DNA from: Octopus bimaculoides
Lineage: Eukaryota
DNA length: 64,000 nt
Assembly (NCBI RefSeq): GCF_001194135.2
Contig: NC_068986.1
Location: 68,172,698-68,236,697 of the forward strand
Reading direction: 5' to 3'
Of this stretch, positions 49,030 through 63,082 are shown piece after piece. How positions within the stretch are numbered: position 1 is the first letter of the stretch; each line of letters starts with the position of its first letter. The position numbers and the translations under genes were made by a program. A model generated the notes under the pieces. The model made no database searches. It worked only from the letters and a program-made list of their open reading frames with translations, and was not told the origin of the DNA.

Positions 49030-49370
49030 ATTGAGTGAGAGAGCAATGCATGCCATCAAAGTGACACTGAATACAAATATACGAAAGCCCGGTATACCCA
49101 TCATGACTACCCGTCTAAGGGTACACCAGGCACATGCATCACAAACATATGTGCGCGACATGGTGATCTCATATCAAAATAAACAACACATGACCTTGCA
49201 GGTGAGGCCCAGATAAAATTTTCTTCAGGTTGAGTAGCCCATCCCGCTCAAAAGGTCCCTGAATAAAGGTTGTGTTGAGGATGTTGAACAAAACATCCAT
49301 GTTTCCCGAGGTGAATTATTCAAACTTCAAAGAATTCCTCTCAACACATGCCTATGATGTCCCCCCACAC
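49030..49370 (-). repeat. Dispersed retroelement 3' segment ending in an (AAT)n-like tail
   Basis: Non-coding; ends CTCTCTCACTCAATAATAA on the minus strand; partial copy at 1676-1803. Confidence 0.65.
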
Positions 49371-51134
49371 AGATACACACACTATTTCAAAGTAGCAGCC
49401 CTCAGGATCCATTTCCAATTATTTCCAATTATTTATTTCGAGTCAACACAATGGCCAGATTTATTAGAGAATGTATATGCAAGTGACTGCAATATAATAC
49501 CTATATGTTATCAGCCCTGAAAGAATGAATAGTAACATAAACTGAAGGCAGTTTGGAGCAGCTCCCATAAAGCAATTGTAATATGTATGTATGACCGTAT
49601 GTACGTATATATGTACATACGCACAAATATATTAATATATTTGAAATACAGTTCCTCCATTATGCATGTTTGGTTAAAATACACCTCAATAGACTAGCGT
49701 ATTCGCACATACAGTCACTCAAGGACACCATGCACAAATATCGCATTACAAGTACAGTAGCTCCTACTGCAACGAATGCTCGCTCCCAGTACACCAATAC
49801 ACATTTTTACTTTCTATTTGATTCGAAAAGGTCAGATTATTAACAAGCCAATGGTGTATAAATTCGGGTACTATTAAACTTCAGGCTGGTTAGTTTGTTT
49901 TAAGATAAGATTTCTCAACTGACCTTATCTAAGAACGTAGAATACTTTTTTTAATTTTTACATTGGCTAAAACTCCGAATTGTCAAATGTACAAACCTGT
50001 AAATAACTCGACCAATGAATGACGTAGTGCAAGTAGACTCCAGTGGGATTTGATTCAGAAAGGAAAATATGAAACTAAAAATGACACTTAATATGGCAAT
50101 CTTGTATTACTAACTCAAATACAATGACTCATTGCATGAGATTAGAATGCGACTATCCCTAAGCAATTAACTTGAAGCAGAAGTGAATGGAATAACCTCA
50201 ACCGAGTCACACCTGCTCGATGTCAAACATGTGGTAATACCGCTCTGAACCTCTCTTGATTCAGTTAAACCGTCACCTGCTATAACATCACCTACCATCC
50301 CTTGAGTGCTTTTAGCCGCATTAACACTATTGAATGCATTCAAATTATACCTGACAGAAAAGGTCCAGATTTCTCTTTATTTTTCTCCACCAGTTTCTAA
50401 GGCTCTGCCTTTTCTCCTCGGACAATTCTATAAAACCAATAAACATATCCATCGCGGTGATGAAAGGATTAAATTGAACTGGAACTTCGTAATGAGGAGC
50501 GAAAGAATATTTAGTTCAGATTATATAACGCACAAATATATAACCGTACTAAAATTTTACTTAAAATTAGAATATCTAGAANNNNNNNNNNNNNNNNNNN
50601 NNNNNNNNNNNNNNNNNNNNNNNNNNNNNNNNNNNNNNNNNNNNNNNNNNNNNNNNNNNNNNNNNNNNNNNNNNNNNNNNNNNNNNNNNNNNNNNNNNNN
50701 NNNNNNNNNNNNNNNNNNNNNNNNNNNNNNNNNNNNNNNNNNNNNNNNNNNNNNNNNNNNNNNNNNNNNNNNNNNNNNNNNNNNNNNNNNNNNNNNNNNN
50801 NNNNNNNNNNNNNNNNNNNNNNNNNNNNNNNNNNNNNNNNNNNNNNNNNNNNNNNNNNNNNNNNNNNNNNNNNNNNNNNNNNNNNNNNNNNNNNNNNNNN
50901 NNNNNNNNNNNNNNNNNNNNNNNNNNNNNNNNNNNNNNNNNNNNNNNNNNNNNNNNNNNNNNNNNNNNNNNNNNNNNNNNNNNNNNNNNNNNNNNNNNNN
51001 NNNNNNNNNNNNNNNNNNNNNNNNNNNNNNNNNNNNNNNNNNNNNNNNNNNNNNNNNNNNNNNNNNNNNNNNNNNNNNNNNNNNNNNNNNNNNNNNNNNN
51101 NNNNNNNNNNNNNNNNNNNNNNNNNNNNNNNNNN

Positions 51135-51174
<40 letters not shown>

Positions 51175-51500
51175 CAAATAATGAGGAATTATCAACCCAG
51201 GCAAAATACTTCATACGCTCTCTGTTGGCACACCAAAAATGGTTCTGATGAAAATAGCATTGATTTTCTTAGGTCGTTCAATTGTCCTCAATTGATTAAT
51301 AGACCAACTGAGTAAATTTACAGCAATGTACCTATAGTGATTATTGGAAACAGCTGTAAGCCAAACTTGCTCCAATAAAGGAAAAACATATAATGACCAT
51401 TATTTTTAACCTGTTTCTTATATATATATACATATATACATGTATATATGTGTGTGTGTGTATGTATGTATGTATGTATGTATGTATGTATGTGTGCATG

Positions 51501-51537
<37 letters not shown>

Positions 51538-51544
51538 ATAGAAG

Positions 51545-52600
51545 AGGTAAGACAGAAAAAGAAAGAAAAAGACCTCGATATTATGTAAATAGAGGAATTT
51601 ATTTGTAAATAATATGTGACAATTATTCGGTAACCATGATAAAACTCCGAGTTTCGGATGTCGGGGCGGAAACCCACGCCGCCATCTCTTCAGTTTTCTG
51701 GCCATCGAAAAAAAATGTTATGAAAATGACCGTTAAACAAAGGGAAATTACTGTGTGATTGACCGTTATTAAGACAAAAGAGCTATTAGAATGACCGCTA
51801 AGTAAGGGGAGGGAATAAAGGTAAGGGAGTAAAAATGTTCATAGTATTCGCGTAAGCGCACCAGTCCATATATATATACACATGCGCGCCCGCACACCCA
51901 CGTACATGCTCCTATATGTATATGCCCATCCACCCTCACTTGAAACACATACATGCTCACCCACACATTCGCCAAAAAATTTATACATACCAGCATACAC
52001 GCTCGCACACACACGCGCGCAACACGCTCGCACACAAAACGCAAAAAAGGTTCATACACACGTCTATATACGCATATTCTCGCATGCATGCACACACACA
52101 CGTCTATATAGGTACAGGAAAAATGCAGGGAGGAATGTAGAATACAGAAAAAATATGTGTAAAAAATATATGAGCGATAAACCTATAAAACAATATCTCT
52201 ATAAATATGTAAAAAAATATTTTTAAAATATATAAGAAATATAAGTAAAAGTATAGAGAGATAAAAAGCTTGTGCATAGACACAATATAGAAAGCAAGTC
52301 CTACCTGTAATCTCGGGGGGATCAAAAACGCAACAAATATTAGCCACATATGGACATGATCCGAAAAGTTCAGTTCTTGAATTTAGACATGTGGCGGGGT
52401 CTAAGCTGACTTTCCAGATGAGCCATCTTTCCATACCACAAAGACCGCACTTTCCGCTGCCGTTGGTGTAGGACTTACACTTGGCTAAGATCTTCCGATG
52501 GATATTGTAACTGACACATTTATCTTTTATATGGTCCTTATAAGGTTTGTTGTAAGACATGACATGGACATCATAAAAACCAAGCTTTAGGCTCAATTCA
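51545..52600 (-). mobile_element. Penelope-like element remnant (GIY-YIG C-terminus plus 3' pLTR with HHR)
   Basis: RKILAKCKSYTNGSGKCGLCGMERWLI..CLNSRTELFGSCPY matches the PLE motif WKILxKCxxYxNGxxxCxLCxxEK..LNxRxEL..C. Confidence 0.8.
51638..51698 (-). ncRNA. Hammerhead ribozyme motif with complete core
   Basis: GAAAA CUGAAGA GAUG-(GCGG..CCGC hairpin)-CAUC C GAAA CUC-G-GAG UU^ UUAUC. Confidence 0.7.
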
Positions 52601-52605
52601 AACGG

Positions 52606-53081
52606 CTATGTGAAGCGGCTGGAGACTATGTTCAAACCCTTACTAGAGAGGGTTGCTGCCAGGATTTCGGTCCTTGCCACACCTCCGGAAAGAGTCAGAA
52701 GTAGTTGTCGGAGAATTTTTACCACTTCACCAGCCCCAATTTCTGGCCGCCTAATTCCCTCAATTGTAATCCTATGGATTATAATGTCTGGGGCGCGGTT
52801 GAGAAAGACACCAACTGCTCTGCCTGCAACATCAAGGCCGAATAGGAGGTCAAGATCAAGAAAGAGTTCGAAGATCTTCCCAGGGACACAGTGAGGAACG
52901 CATGCGCCAGTTTACGAAGCCGCCCTGGGGCTGTGGCGGAAGCTGAGGGCTGCAACTTTGAATAAATTGTTATCTCCCTGCCATAAAATAGTTGATACGA
53001 TTTTTTTAATTATTATTTTGGATGGGATGTTTTGTTTTCTCTTCATTTATGCAAACTGTCGAATTTAGCCCGAACAACCTG
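52606..53081 (+). mobile_element. Tc1/mariner 3' fragment, DD37D (maT-type)
   Basis: QDFGPCHTSGKSQK*LSENFYHFTSPNFWPPNSLNCNPMDYNVWGAVE..EGCNFE* (stop 52963-52965); 37 residues between the Ds; ends CCTG|TA. Confidence 0.88.
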
Positions 53082-53940
53082 TAAATACCAATGTAAAATA
53101 CGGGAAGTTGTGGTGTATTGATGCGAATGTTTCCTTTTATTTATTCACTCCCGATGTCTATTCAAGTTTCCAACTCGAGAACAAACGTGCTTCAAGCGGA
53201 AAATATTCTGCTGGTATAGTGACATCATTTTCCTTCCGAGCGTAATCTTAAAGTGAAGCTTTGGAAAAAAAAATGATTAAGTTACATGGTTAGAAATCTA
53301 AAAGCTATTGAATAGTAATATATCAACGCGTGAAATAAATTTGATAACCAGTTACCAATTTATCTGATACTCTCCCACTAATCTCCTTGTCTTTCATATT
53401 TATGTCGTGCATTATTATTCTTGGGAAATGTTTCTTCTGCTGAAATAATTGTTTTATTACTATTCTCTTTAAAATTAGCAAGAGAACAGTCTAAACTGTT
53501 ACGAAAGAAACCCAAGTTTGTTTATGTGACAGCTGTTTCTTGAGGGGATTGTTTTACGATGTTTTCACTTCCTCTGTTTAAATTGTGTTTGAGAAAACAA
53601 TTTAAAGAATAACAGGCAATGAAAGTCAAGAAGAGAAAGCAATGGCTCGAGTAATGAAAAACCTCAAGAAAAGCGAGAAGGAAAATGATTTTCCACATTT
53701 ACGACGAGGGCAAAACTTAAGAAACTTACAATACAGTAAAGTAAAATTGATAAACAAATAAAAGTTAAATTGATAAACAAAAATACATCTGCAGAGTGAA
53801 AAGTATTCGCATGTATATATCCATATATATTACTATGATTTGCAAATAAACATAGATACACATTACATACATGCCTGTATATGTATGTATGTATGTTTGC
53901 GTGTACCTGTTTTGTATGTGTATATTTAATATATATATTG

Positions 53941-54325
53941 CATGATTCCAGGTTCAGTCCCACTGCGTGGCAACTTAAACAAGTGTCTTCTACTATAGTC
54001 CCGAGTCGACAAAAGGCCTTGTGAGTGGAGATGGTAGGCGAAAACTGAAAGAAGTCTGTCATATAAATACAAATATATGTTTATGAATATATAAGTGTGT
54101 GAGTGTGTCTTTTTGCGTTTGCTAACAATACCACTTGATAACCGGTTTTGGTTTGTTTACGTCCCCGTAATTTTGCGGTTCGACCAAAAGAGAACCATAG
54201 AATAAAAACCAAGCTTTAAAAATAAATACTGGTGGCAGTGTTGATTCGTTCGACTAAAACCATTCAAAGCGGTGTCTCATCATGACCGCAATCTAATGAG
54301 TGAAACAAGTAGAAGATATAAGATA
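53941..54325 (+). mobile_element. SINE family B, decayed
   Basis: GGTTCAGTCCCACTGCGTGGCA..GTCTTCTACTATAG..tail. Confidence 0.8.
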
Positions 54326-55240
54326 GACAATAAACGATNNNNNNNNNNNNNNNNNNNNNNNNNNNNNNNNNNNNNNNNNNNNNNNNNNNNNNNNNNNNNN
54401 NNNNNNNNNNNNNNNNNNNNNNNNNNNNNNNNNNNNNNNNNNNNNNNNNNNNNNNNNNNNNNNNNNNNNNNNNNNNNNNNNNNNNNNNNNNNNNNNNNNN
54501 NNNNNNNNNNNNNNNNNNNNNNNNNNNNNNNNNNNNNNNNNNNNNNNNNNNNNNNNNNNNNNNNNNNNNNNNNNNNNNNNNNNNNNNNNNNNNNNNNNNN
54601 NNNNNNNNNNNNNNNNNNNNNNNNNNNNNNNNNNNNNNNNNNNNNNNNNNNNNNNNNNNNNNNNNNNNNNNNNNNNNNNNNNNNNNNNNNNNNNNNNNNN
54701 NNNNNNNNNNNNNNNNNNNNNNNNNNNNNNNNNNNNNNNNNNNNNNNNNNNNNNNNNNNNNNNNNNNNNNNNNNNNNNNNNNNNNNNNNNNNNNNNNNNN
54801 NNNNNNNNNNNNNNNNNNNNNNNNNNNNNNNNNNNNNNNNNNNNNNNNNNNNNNNNNNNNNNNNNNNNNNNNNNNNNNNNNNNNNNNNNNNNNNNNNNNN
54901 NNNNNNNNNNNNNNNNNNNNNNNNNNNNNNNNNNNNNNNNNNNNNNNNNNNNNNNNNNNNNNNNNNNNNNNNNNNNNNNNNNNNNNNNNNNNNNNNNNNN
55001 NNNNNNNNNNNNNNNNNNNNNNNNNNNNNNNNNNNNNNNNNNNNNNNNNNNNNNNNNNNNNNNNNNNNNNNNNNNNNNNNNNNNNNNNNNNNNNNNNNNN
55101 NNNNNNNNNNNNNNNNNNNNNNNNNNNNNNNNNNNNNNNNNNNNNNNNNNNNNNNNNNNNNNNNNNNNNNNNNNNNNNNNNNNNNNNNNNNNNNNNNNNN
55201 NNNNNNNNNNNNNNNNNNNNNNNNNNNNNNNNNNNNNNNN

Positions 55241-55309
55241 GCCGACCAAAACCTTGTGAGTGGATTTGGTAGACGGAAACTGAAAGAAGCCCGTCGTATA
55301 TATGTATAG

Positions 55310-55341
<32 letters not shown>

Positions 55342-55552
55342 TTGTGTGTCTGTGTTTGTCCCCCTAGCATTGCTTGACAACCGATGCTGGTGTGTTTATG
55401 TTCCCGTAACTTAGCGGTTCGGCAAAAGAGTCCGATAGAATAAGTACTGGGCTTACAAAGAATAAGTCCCGGGGTTGATTTTCTCGACTAAAGGCGGTGC
55501 TCCAGCATGTCCACAGTCAAAAGACTGTAACAAGTAAAAGAGTAAAAGAGAG
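55241..55552 (+). mobile_element. SINE family B, well preserved (5' end in gap)
   Basis: Central domain, (TG)n, complete tail ending (GTAAAAGA)n. Confidence 0.92.
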
Positions 55553-56495
55553 TATACACATACGTGTGTGAGGGTGTGTGTGTATACATATATATGTAAA
55601 TGTAGATACGTACATACACGCACGCACACGCGCACACACCCACACTCACACGCCCACGCAAACACGCATATGGCTCATTTCCTTTGGGGAAAACAGTTCA
55701 CAAAAAATTAAGTAATTAAGTAATTTGATATATGTGGAGGATGAAGGGACCTCCAAATGTAAGCTGCCGTATACTAGTAATAGCTGTTTATTACTCTGTC
55801 ATAAGCTCGCTTTTGACTTTGTACATAATAACACTGATATTTCGAACTAACAGCTTATCTATATATCATATATGGCTGTTCGACCTGCTACAAATAACAA
55901 CTAAATCACCTTCAGAATATCATCCTACCGCCTTAATTATAAAGATATTAATTAAACAATGTTGCTCTTGATATATAACAAGATGGGATGTTCTCGGATG
56001 GAATGTTTTTAATCATAGGTCCATTTGATTAAAACTTATTGGGAGCTAAACAATAATACTATGAAATTGCATGTGGTTAATTCCAGTTGACCTACCAACC
56101 TTGTTATGTTACAACGGATCTCTTTACAAGTGGTCGGAAATTAGATCACATAGTCTGAAAACTGGTGGTCTGTGTTCTTAAAAAAGAAATTTTAATTTGA
56201 GGTCTGGTCAATGAGTATAAATCCTATAAAAATTGCAATATTTATCTTCGGTGTTCATATATTTGTGTGAGTGTATGTGCTATGAAGTAAATCTCTCTTA
56301 CTATAAATAGGTTTTTCTGGTTTCCACTCGGAAGATATGTAGGAGTGGCATACGAGTGGATCCCGGAACAAAGGGGGGATAAAGGAGAGTAGGCAAAGAG
56401 GCTAAAATACAACAATCGTATGATAGTATGAATGGAAACATAGGAGCAGTGGATATCAAAGATAATGGAAATACAGAGGTAGTGATGGAAACAGT

Positions 56496-56543
<48 letters not shown>

Positions 56544-59016
56544 GGGACAGAGAGAGAAAGAGATCAAAAGCTGAGAGATAGAAAAATAGTAAAAAGATAA
56601 CAGTAATCGGAAGCATAAAGTAATGAAAGCTTCCTAGGGAAGGATGATGGCTCGTGTATTTCTTAAGTAGATTGCACTGTACTTCTGAATGATTAAAAGA
56701 ATTTGCATAATTCTGAACAATCTTTTGCATAAACATTAGGTCACAAATCCATCCTTAGAATAATTTCGATAAACCATATGAAAGATTGAGCAGCCCTATG
56801 TTCTAATGCGTTCCAGCCGTGACCATCTGTTATAGAACTGCAAGGGTTTACTTAGCTCTTGAACGTTTCATTTGGGTTTGGCATAACTCTATCAAATCTA
56901 ATATTTTCAGATCTGAGTATCTTCCCACTAATATAAGTGAACTGAGGCTCGTATAATCAAATGTTCTCAATGTCATAACGAAACACCAAAAATAAATATG
57001 AGCACAGAATCTTATTCCTTCTGACCGTGTATACAACTTGATGCAAATTGTGTTTTGTGACATCGACAAAAATTGTTCCTTTCATTCGACTTCACAGCAA
57101 TGAAACACATTAATGTAAGTGGGACAACGAGAGCCTCTACATAGACTCTAGGATTACTGCAAAAAGCAATAAATGTTCTTCAAATTACACCATCTTAAGT
57201 AAAGACAAAACACTAAGATGATGTAGTCCTTGATAGACTGAAACAGATACAATAGACATGGTTAAAACTACCTTAACTCACAGTTGTTTTCAGTCATCTC
57301 GAACGACAACATTATGGAGTCTTGCTCTATGCAAGGTTTACAAACATAGTTAACTCTGTGAAAGAATAATTTGACTTGTTTAACTTATTAACCTAGTAAA
57401 ATAATTTTTACGAAATATCACGAGAGAATTGTTAATTCTAAAAGTGGTTATAAAATATTGAAATAGTGAAGTGGTCCACAAACATTTCGGAAATGCAGAG
57501 AATTTATAATATCGTTTATATTCTTGTTCTTGTCAGATGACGCTGTGTCGATGGAGTTTATACTGCATTGAAATATGTGGGTTTCCCGAGAATTTGAAAG
57601 GAAATGTGCGTGTAAAATTAGAACCAAGTTAACATCCTATATATTTTTAAACGAAGAACGAGTTGTAATTATAACTGATTTTGTAATCATTATTCAACAT
57701 GATTTCTTGGTTGCAGAGATGTGGAAGTCCGGAGTTAAAAGTAGTGAGATGAGTGCAAGGACAGCTAAGAGTCTGATGAGTAAGCATGAGGCTTCCACAA
57801 TGATAAATAGTACATTGGAGTTACAGTGTTAGCAACGTATCGTAATTCTAGTTCGTAGCAAGAATACGTCGTCAGTTAGATTGAAAGTTTAAATTTATTA
57901 CAGATTTTTTCCCGTAAAAACACCCAGTTGTACTTGATTCCATCTAATGGCGAAAGTAATAACCAGTTAAATCGCTGGGGTACCATTGAATGTTTTGTTT
58001 CATCTAGCATAAATCATCTGATTGGAGACTTTTCTTACTAAGTAACAGCGAAACTCTAAACTATGAGCTACCGGAACATTCAAAAGTTTTGTAGAGCTGT
58101 CGCTCTTTACAGTGGCATGTAGTATGAATATAGGAAGACCAGTTTGAGGTTTGATTCACGGATCTATGTGAGAATTCTACAAACATTAAGTCGATTTCTC
58201 GCCCACGTGCAATTTCATTGGATAAATATGTCGCTAGGAAAGTGTCCTATCCGACAAGAGTCAAGAGTAGAAGCTTGCATCAGTCGATGTAACTACATTT
58301 TAACCCCCAACAATTTACTTTGTACAGTTGTTGACAAATATCATAGAGATGGCTTATCTTACGGTTTAATTAAAAACGTTTTTCTCCGATTTAAGTACTA
58401 GAGTTCAGAAACTCTCTTCCACATATGCTCGAATCGTCACATGAGTTACATAGAGGAACAGCAGTAGTAAGTATCAAGAAAAAGCAGATGTTGCACCCTG
58501 AGACTACATGACACCCACCGCTGAGAATACCAGCAAAATCTGCAGATATTTAGAAACAGAGTGGTCAATGGAGAGAGCACAACATATTCTGACTGGTACA
58601 TATTATATCATACAATTCATCACTGCACATCAGGTTGTGCAGCACGGTCCTCAGCTAGCAGATTAATGATATATCTAGGAAGATTGATCTGTAGACTACA
58701 TCTTGTCGAACGGCCGACTCCTACCATGTTATAGGACCAGGGCTGAACACTGATTTGCTATATTCTGGCTTCTTATTCTGGGCACCTTACAATTAATCAC
58801 TACTTGTTAGAAATGCGGTATAATTCCAAGTTATATAAAGATATTATTATGAGAATCCCACCAAGTTTCTCACCCGGTTACCTTCGTATCATATGTTTAG
58901 TAAACGGGAACTGACTTGTGGCTAAATAACAACGATAACAAAAAATATATCTAGCGAATTTCAACTCAAAACCTTACATATTGTTTATCCAACACCATAT
59001 CCACTCACTTCTTGGA

Positions 59017-59084
<68 letters not shown>

Positions 59085-59183
59085 TTATTTATTTATTTAT
59101 TTATGNNNNNNNNNNNNNNNNNNNNNNNNNNNNNNNNNNNNNNNNNNNNNNNNNNNNNNNNNNNNNNNNNNNNNNNNNNNNNN

Positions 59184-59250
<67 letters not shown>

Positions 59251-59251
<1 letters not shown>

Positions 59252-59712
59252 TTATTTATTTATTTATTTATGTGTTTCAGCCAAGTGGCTGCGGTCATGC
59301 TGGTGCACCACCGTGATTTTCACGTTCCTTGCATGGCTCTTCTCCCCCACCTGACATGGTCCAATCAAGAGTTTTGATGGCACATCTGGTGTATAAGAGA
59401 ATTTGACACAGCTGCCCTAAACTGCGTCTCATTACGAGCCATTGGTTCGTCTGGTATCGTGGAGAGGAAAGCGTCAAGTTTTGTCTTGAAGACCTCCGCA
59501 TCCATGTCTTGCATGTCTCTCAAATGTTTTGGCAGGGCATTGAAGAGCTGAGGTCCTCTGAAACCGAGGCTGCTGCAGTATCTCGTTCTTATGTGAGATG
59601 CAGTGGACGGTACCTTTGGCACCATGCAGTGGCGACCCGTGCGGGCATTCCTGTAGTACTTGATACCAAAGTTATATATAATCCAAGTTAGGGGTTGTGA
59701 ATCCAACCCACT
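59251..59712 (-). mobile_element. CR1/L2-group LINE 3' end (ORF2 C-terminus, 3' UTR, (TAAA)n tail)
   Basis: RTGRHCMVP..GPQLFNALPKHLRD..FKTKLDAFLSTIPDEP..RAAVSNSL; tail GGTGGTGCACCAGCATGACCGCAGCCACTTGGCTGAAACACA(TAAA)n. Clade assignment is tentative. Confidence 0.8.
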
Positions 59713-61398
59713 AAGGAATAATACCTATCCAATATACTGCCGGAAGGATACCCAATTATTATTACATTAGTGCTTTTACCAAGTACAATAAATGGGTGCG
59801 GGTAAAAGGAAATTTTACCCTTGATTTATATAGCAATAAGAAAATGGAGGGGAATATGTGGTATTCATCAACTTGCAGACATTGTATTATGTCAATTTAC
59901 CTGTTTATTTTTCAACTAAGAGGACAATAAAAACAATATGCAATATAAACTCTTTTAACCAGCAGCCTTGTGCNNNNNNNNNNNNNNNNNNNNNNNNNNN
60001 NNNNNNNNNNNNNNNNNNNNNNNNNNNNNNNNNNNNNNNNNNNNNNNNNNNNNNNNNNNNNNNNNNNNNNNNNNNNNNNNNNNNNNNNNNNNNNNNNNNN
60101 NNNNNNNNNNNNNNNNNNNNNNNNNNNNNNNNNNNNNNNNNNNNNNNNNNNNNNNNNNNNNNNNNNNNNNNNNNNNNNNNNNNNNNNNNNNNNNNNNNNN
60201 NNNNNNNNNNNNNNNNNNNNNNNNNNNNNNNNNNNNNNNNNNNNNNNNNNNNNNNNNNNNNNNNNNNNNNNNNNNNNNNNNNNNNNNNNNNNNNNNNNNN
60301 NNNNNNNNNNNNNNNNNNNNNNNNNNNNNNNNNNNNNNNNNNNNNNNNNNNNNNNNNNNNNNNNNNNNNNNNNNNNNNNNNNNNNNNNNNNNNNNNNNNN
60401 NNNNNNNNNNNNNNNNNNNNNNNNNNNNNNNNNNNNNNNNNNNNNNNNNNNNNNNNNNNNNNNNNNNNNNNNNNNNNNNNNNNNNNNNNNNNNNNNNNNN
60501 NNNNNNNNNNNNNNNNNNGACCCCATTCAAAAGGTCATCTAACTATTAAAGCTTCCACAGTCTGCTACCATCAGTTACCTTAGTTGTCTACCCCTCTAAT
60601 CAAACCTACATTAAAAACTTTTCTCAACTGCACGGGTTTAACAGATCTTCGGAAGACCTATAGGCCATTGGCACTTCTCCTTCTCTTCTGGCTTACTCAG
60701 AACTAAAGCAAGGTATGTTTGTGTTTATTTGTGTGTGTATATGTGTGTGCGTGCATATCGAATAGTGATCATGTAATTAAGACAATAATATATAAAAACA
60801 AATGTATATATGTGCCTGCGATGTATCTGTAGATGTCTGTGTATCTACATTTATTCGATTATATGAACTCATATTAAACCTATATGTATATACAAGGCAA
60901 AAACCAGAGAATTTAGTCGTGATTTGCATCAATAAAAGTTGTTCAGAAAACGTCGTTCATTTCTATGAGTTTAACAGATGTATGTATGTATGCATGCATG
61001 CATGTATGTATGTATGTATGTATGTTTGTATGTATGTATGCATGTATGTATGTATGTACAGGCTACCCTCGCACTTGAGAATGACTTTGCATGAGCACGT
61101 TCCATACTTTTGCTAACGGTTTTAGGTACCCATGTAGTCGTGAGTAAGCACACACGCCCACACAGGCCACTTCCCAACCTTGGCCCAGCGGAATACTCAG
61201 GATGTGAATACTGCGTCAGGGAGGGACGGCTACGCTACCACGGTGTTGAAGGTGAGGAAAGGCAAAAGCGACCTTTGTGAAATATGAACTCATATATTAT
61301 ACAAAGAGAGAGAAAGAGAGAGAGACAGACAGACAGATAGACATACACATATATAGATACTTCTCTGCCTGTCTATCTTTATATGTGTGTGTATGCAT

Positions 61399-61477
<79 letters not shown>

Positions 61478-61749
61478 CATGTATGTATATAGATGGATGA
61501 GTGAATTTTCCTTTGTTTACAGTTAACACGGAAAAATTCAATAAACAATTACCAGGGTAGCAAAATTCACGCAAGTAACAAGGATGTAGCAACCTGTTCA
61601 AAGGCAGAAACTCCGGGTTAATGTGCAGTAGTTTGTATAGTATAAATTTTACCGGTGAGTGTGTTAAATTATAAGGCACCGAGAGAGAATGACTCACCCC
61701 AGACACAACAGAGTGTGTGTGTGTGTGGGGGGTCTATGATGGACTTACA

Positions 61750-61889
61750 TACAGTTTCCGTCAACTAGCTTCACTCACAAGGCATTAGTAGGACCGGAGC
61801 TATAACAGAAGACACTTGCCTAAAGTGCCACGCAGTGGGACTGAACCCGAAGCTACATGTTTGTAAAGAGAGCTTCTTAACCACACAGA
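61750..61889 (-). mobile_element. SINE family B head
   Basis: CAGTTTCCGTC..GAAGACACTTGCC..CACGCAGTGGGACTGAACCC..CTTAACCACACAG. Confidence 0.85.
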
Positions 61890-62275
61890 TTCAATATAAT
61901 ATTATTCAATATAATAAATTATTTGTATAGCTTATTTCACACATTCTTCAATTTGTAAAAATTAAATCATAATTCTCTAACGCTTTTCACAGAACAGATA
62001 AGGTTTTCAATAATGGGGTGGGCAAAAGTTGCAATTCAAAAGTTTAGCACAAAAGTTTCCTATTTGCATTTTTTCACTTCTTAATTTCTTACCGCTGCAA
62101 GCAGAACAACGCGGCAGCTTAAATTACATCTAGACCTCTCACTTTCAGCTTTCGTTTTATTTATATTGCGAACAGGAAATTACCTTGACTTCAATTTTGG
62201 TGCGCCAATATGGGAGCGTAACAACGTATTTAAGTCAGGCGACAATGTCAACCGGTGCAAAGAGATGTATGAGTT

Positions 62276-62715
62276 AGGCAGCAAAGTCGACCTCGGCAGA
62301 ATTTGAAACCAATACTTATTTTTTTATTACCCACGGGGTGTTAAACATAGAGTGGACAAACAAGGACAGACAAAGGGATTAAGTCAATTACATCGAGTCC
62401 AGTGCGTAACTGGTACTTATTTAATCAATCCCGAAGGGTGAAAGCAAAGTCGACCTCGGCGGAATTTGAACTCAGAACGTAAAGACAGACGAAATACCGC
62501 TAAGTATTTGAAACCAATATTCTTTACTTTTCTACTCTAGGCTCAAGGCCTGAAATTTTGGGGGAGGGGGCCAGTCGATTACATCGATCCCCAGTACGCA
62601 ATTGGTACTTAATTTATTGACCTCGAAAGGATGAAAGGCACAGTCGACCTCGGCAGAATTTGAACTCTGAACGTAAAAACAGACGAAATACCGCTAAGTA
62701 TTTGAAACCAATATT
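62276..62715 (-). mobile_element. Cluster of three truncated SINE-A copies with two tail types
   Basis: AAAGTCGACCTCGGC three times; tails TTTGTCTGTCCTTGTTTGTCC and CCCCCAAAATTTCAGGCCTTG. Confidence 0.85.
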
Positions 62716-63082
62716 ACAGTTTCGTTTACTAACTTTCTGAATTTATTGTTTCATTTCTTCAAATTCACAAATCAGTTATACAACTCGCACTACGTATTTT
62801 CTTTTAATATATTCTAATTAATGTGTTATACAGTGCAGTACTGTTTTCTATTTTCATTTACTAATTTATTAATTTTTAGGCGTGAAATTGCTTATTTTTA
62901 CCACAGAAATAATTAAAATCTAAAAAATATGAATACCTATCGGCCGCAGAAACCCGCGATACACTAAGGAGTCCACGATATAAANNNNNNNNNNNNNNNN
63001 NNNNNNNNNNNNNNNNNNNNNNNNNNNNNNNNNNNNNNNNNNNNNNNNNNNNNNNNNNNNNNNNNNNNNNNNNNNNNNNNNN

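Noticed and set aside
56290-56500. Possible additional Penelope C-terminal remnant
   Set aside because: Similarity too weak to support by eye.
57846-57878. CUGACGA-CGUA..UACG-AACUAG on the minus strand
   Set aside because: GAAA incomplete, no helix I and no linked PLE ORF.
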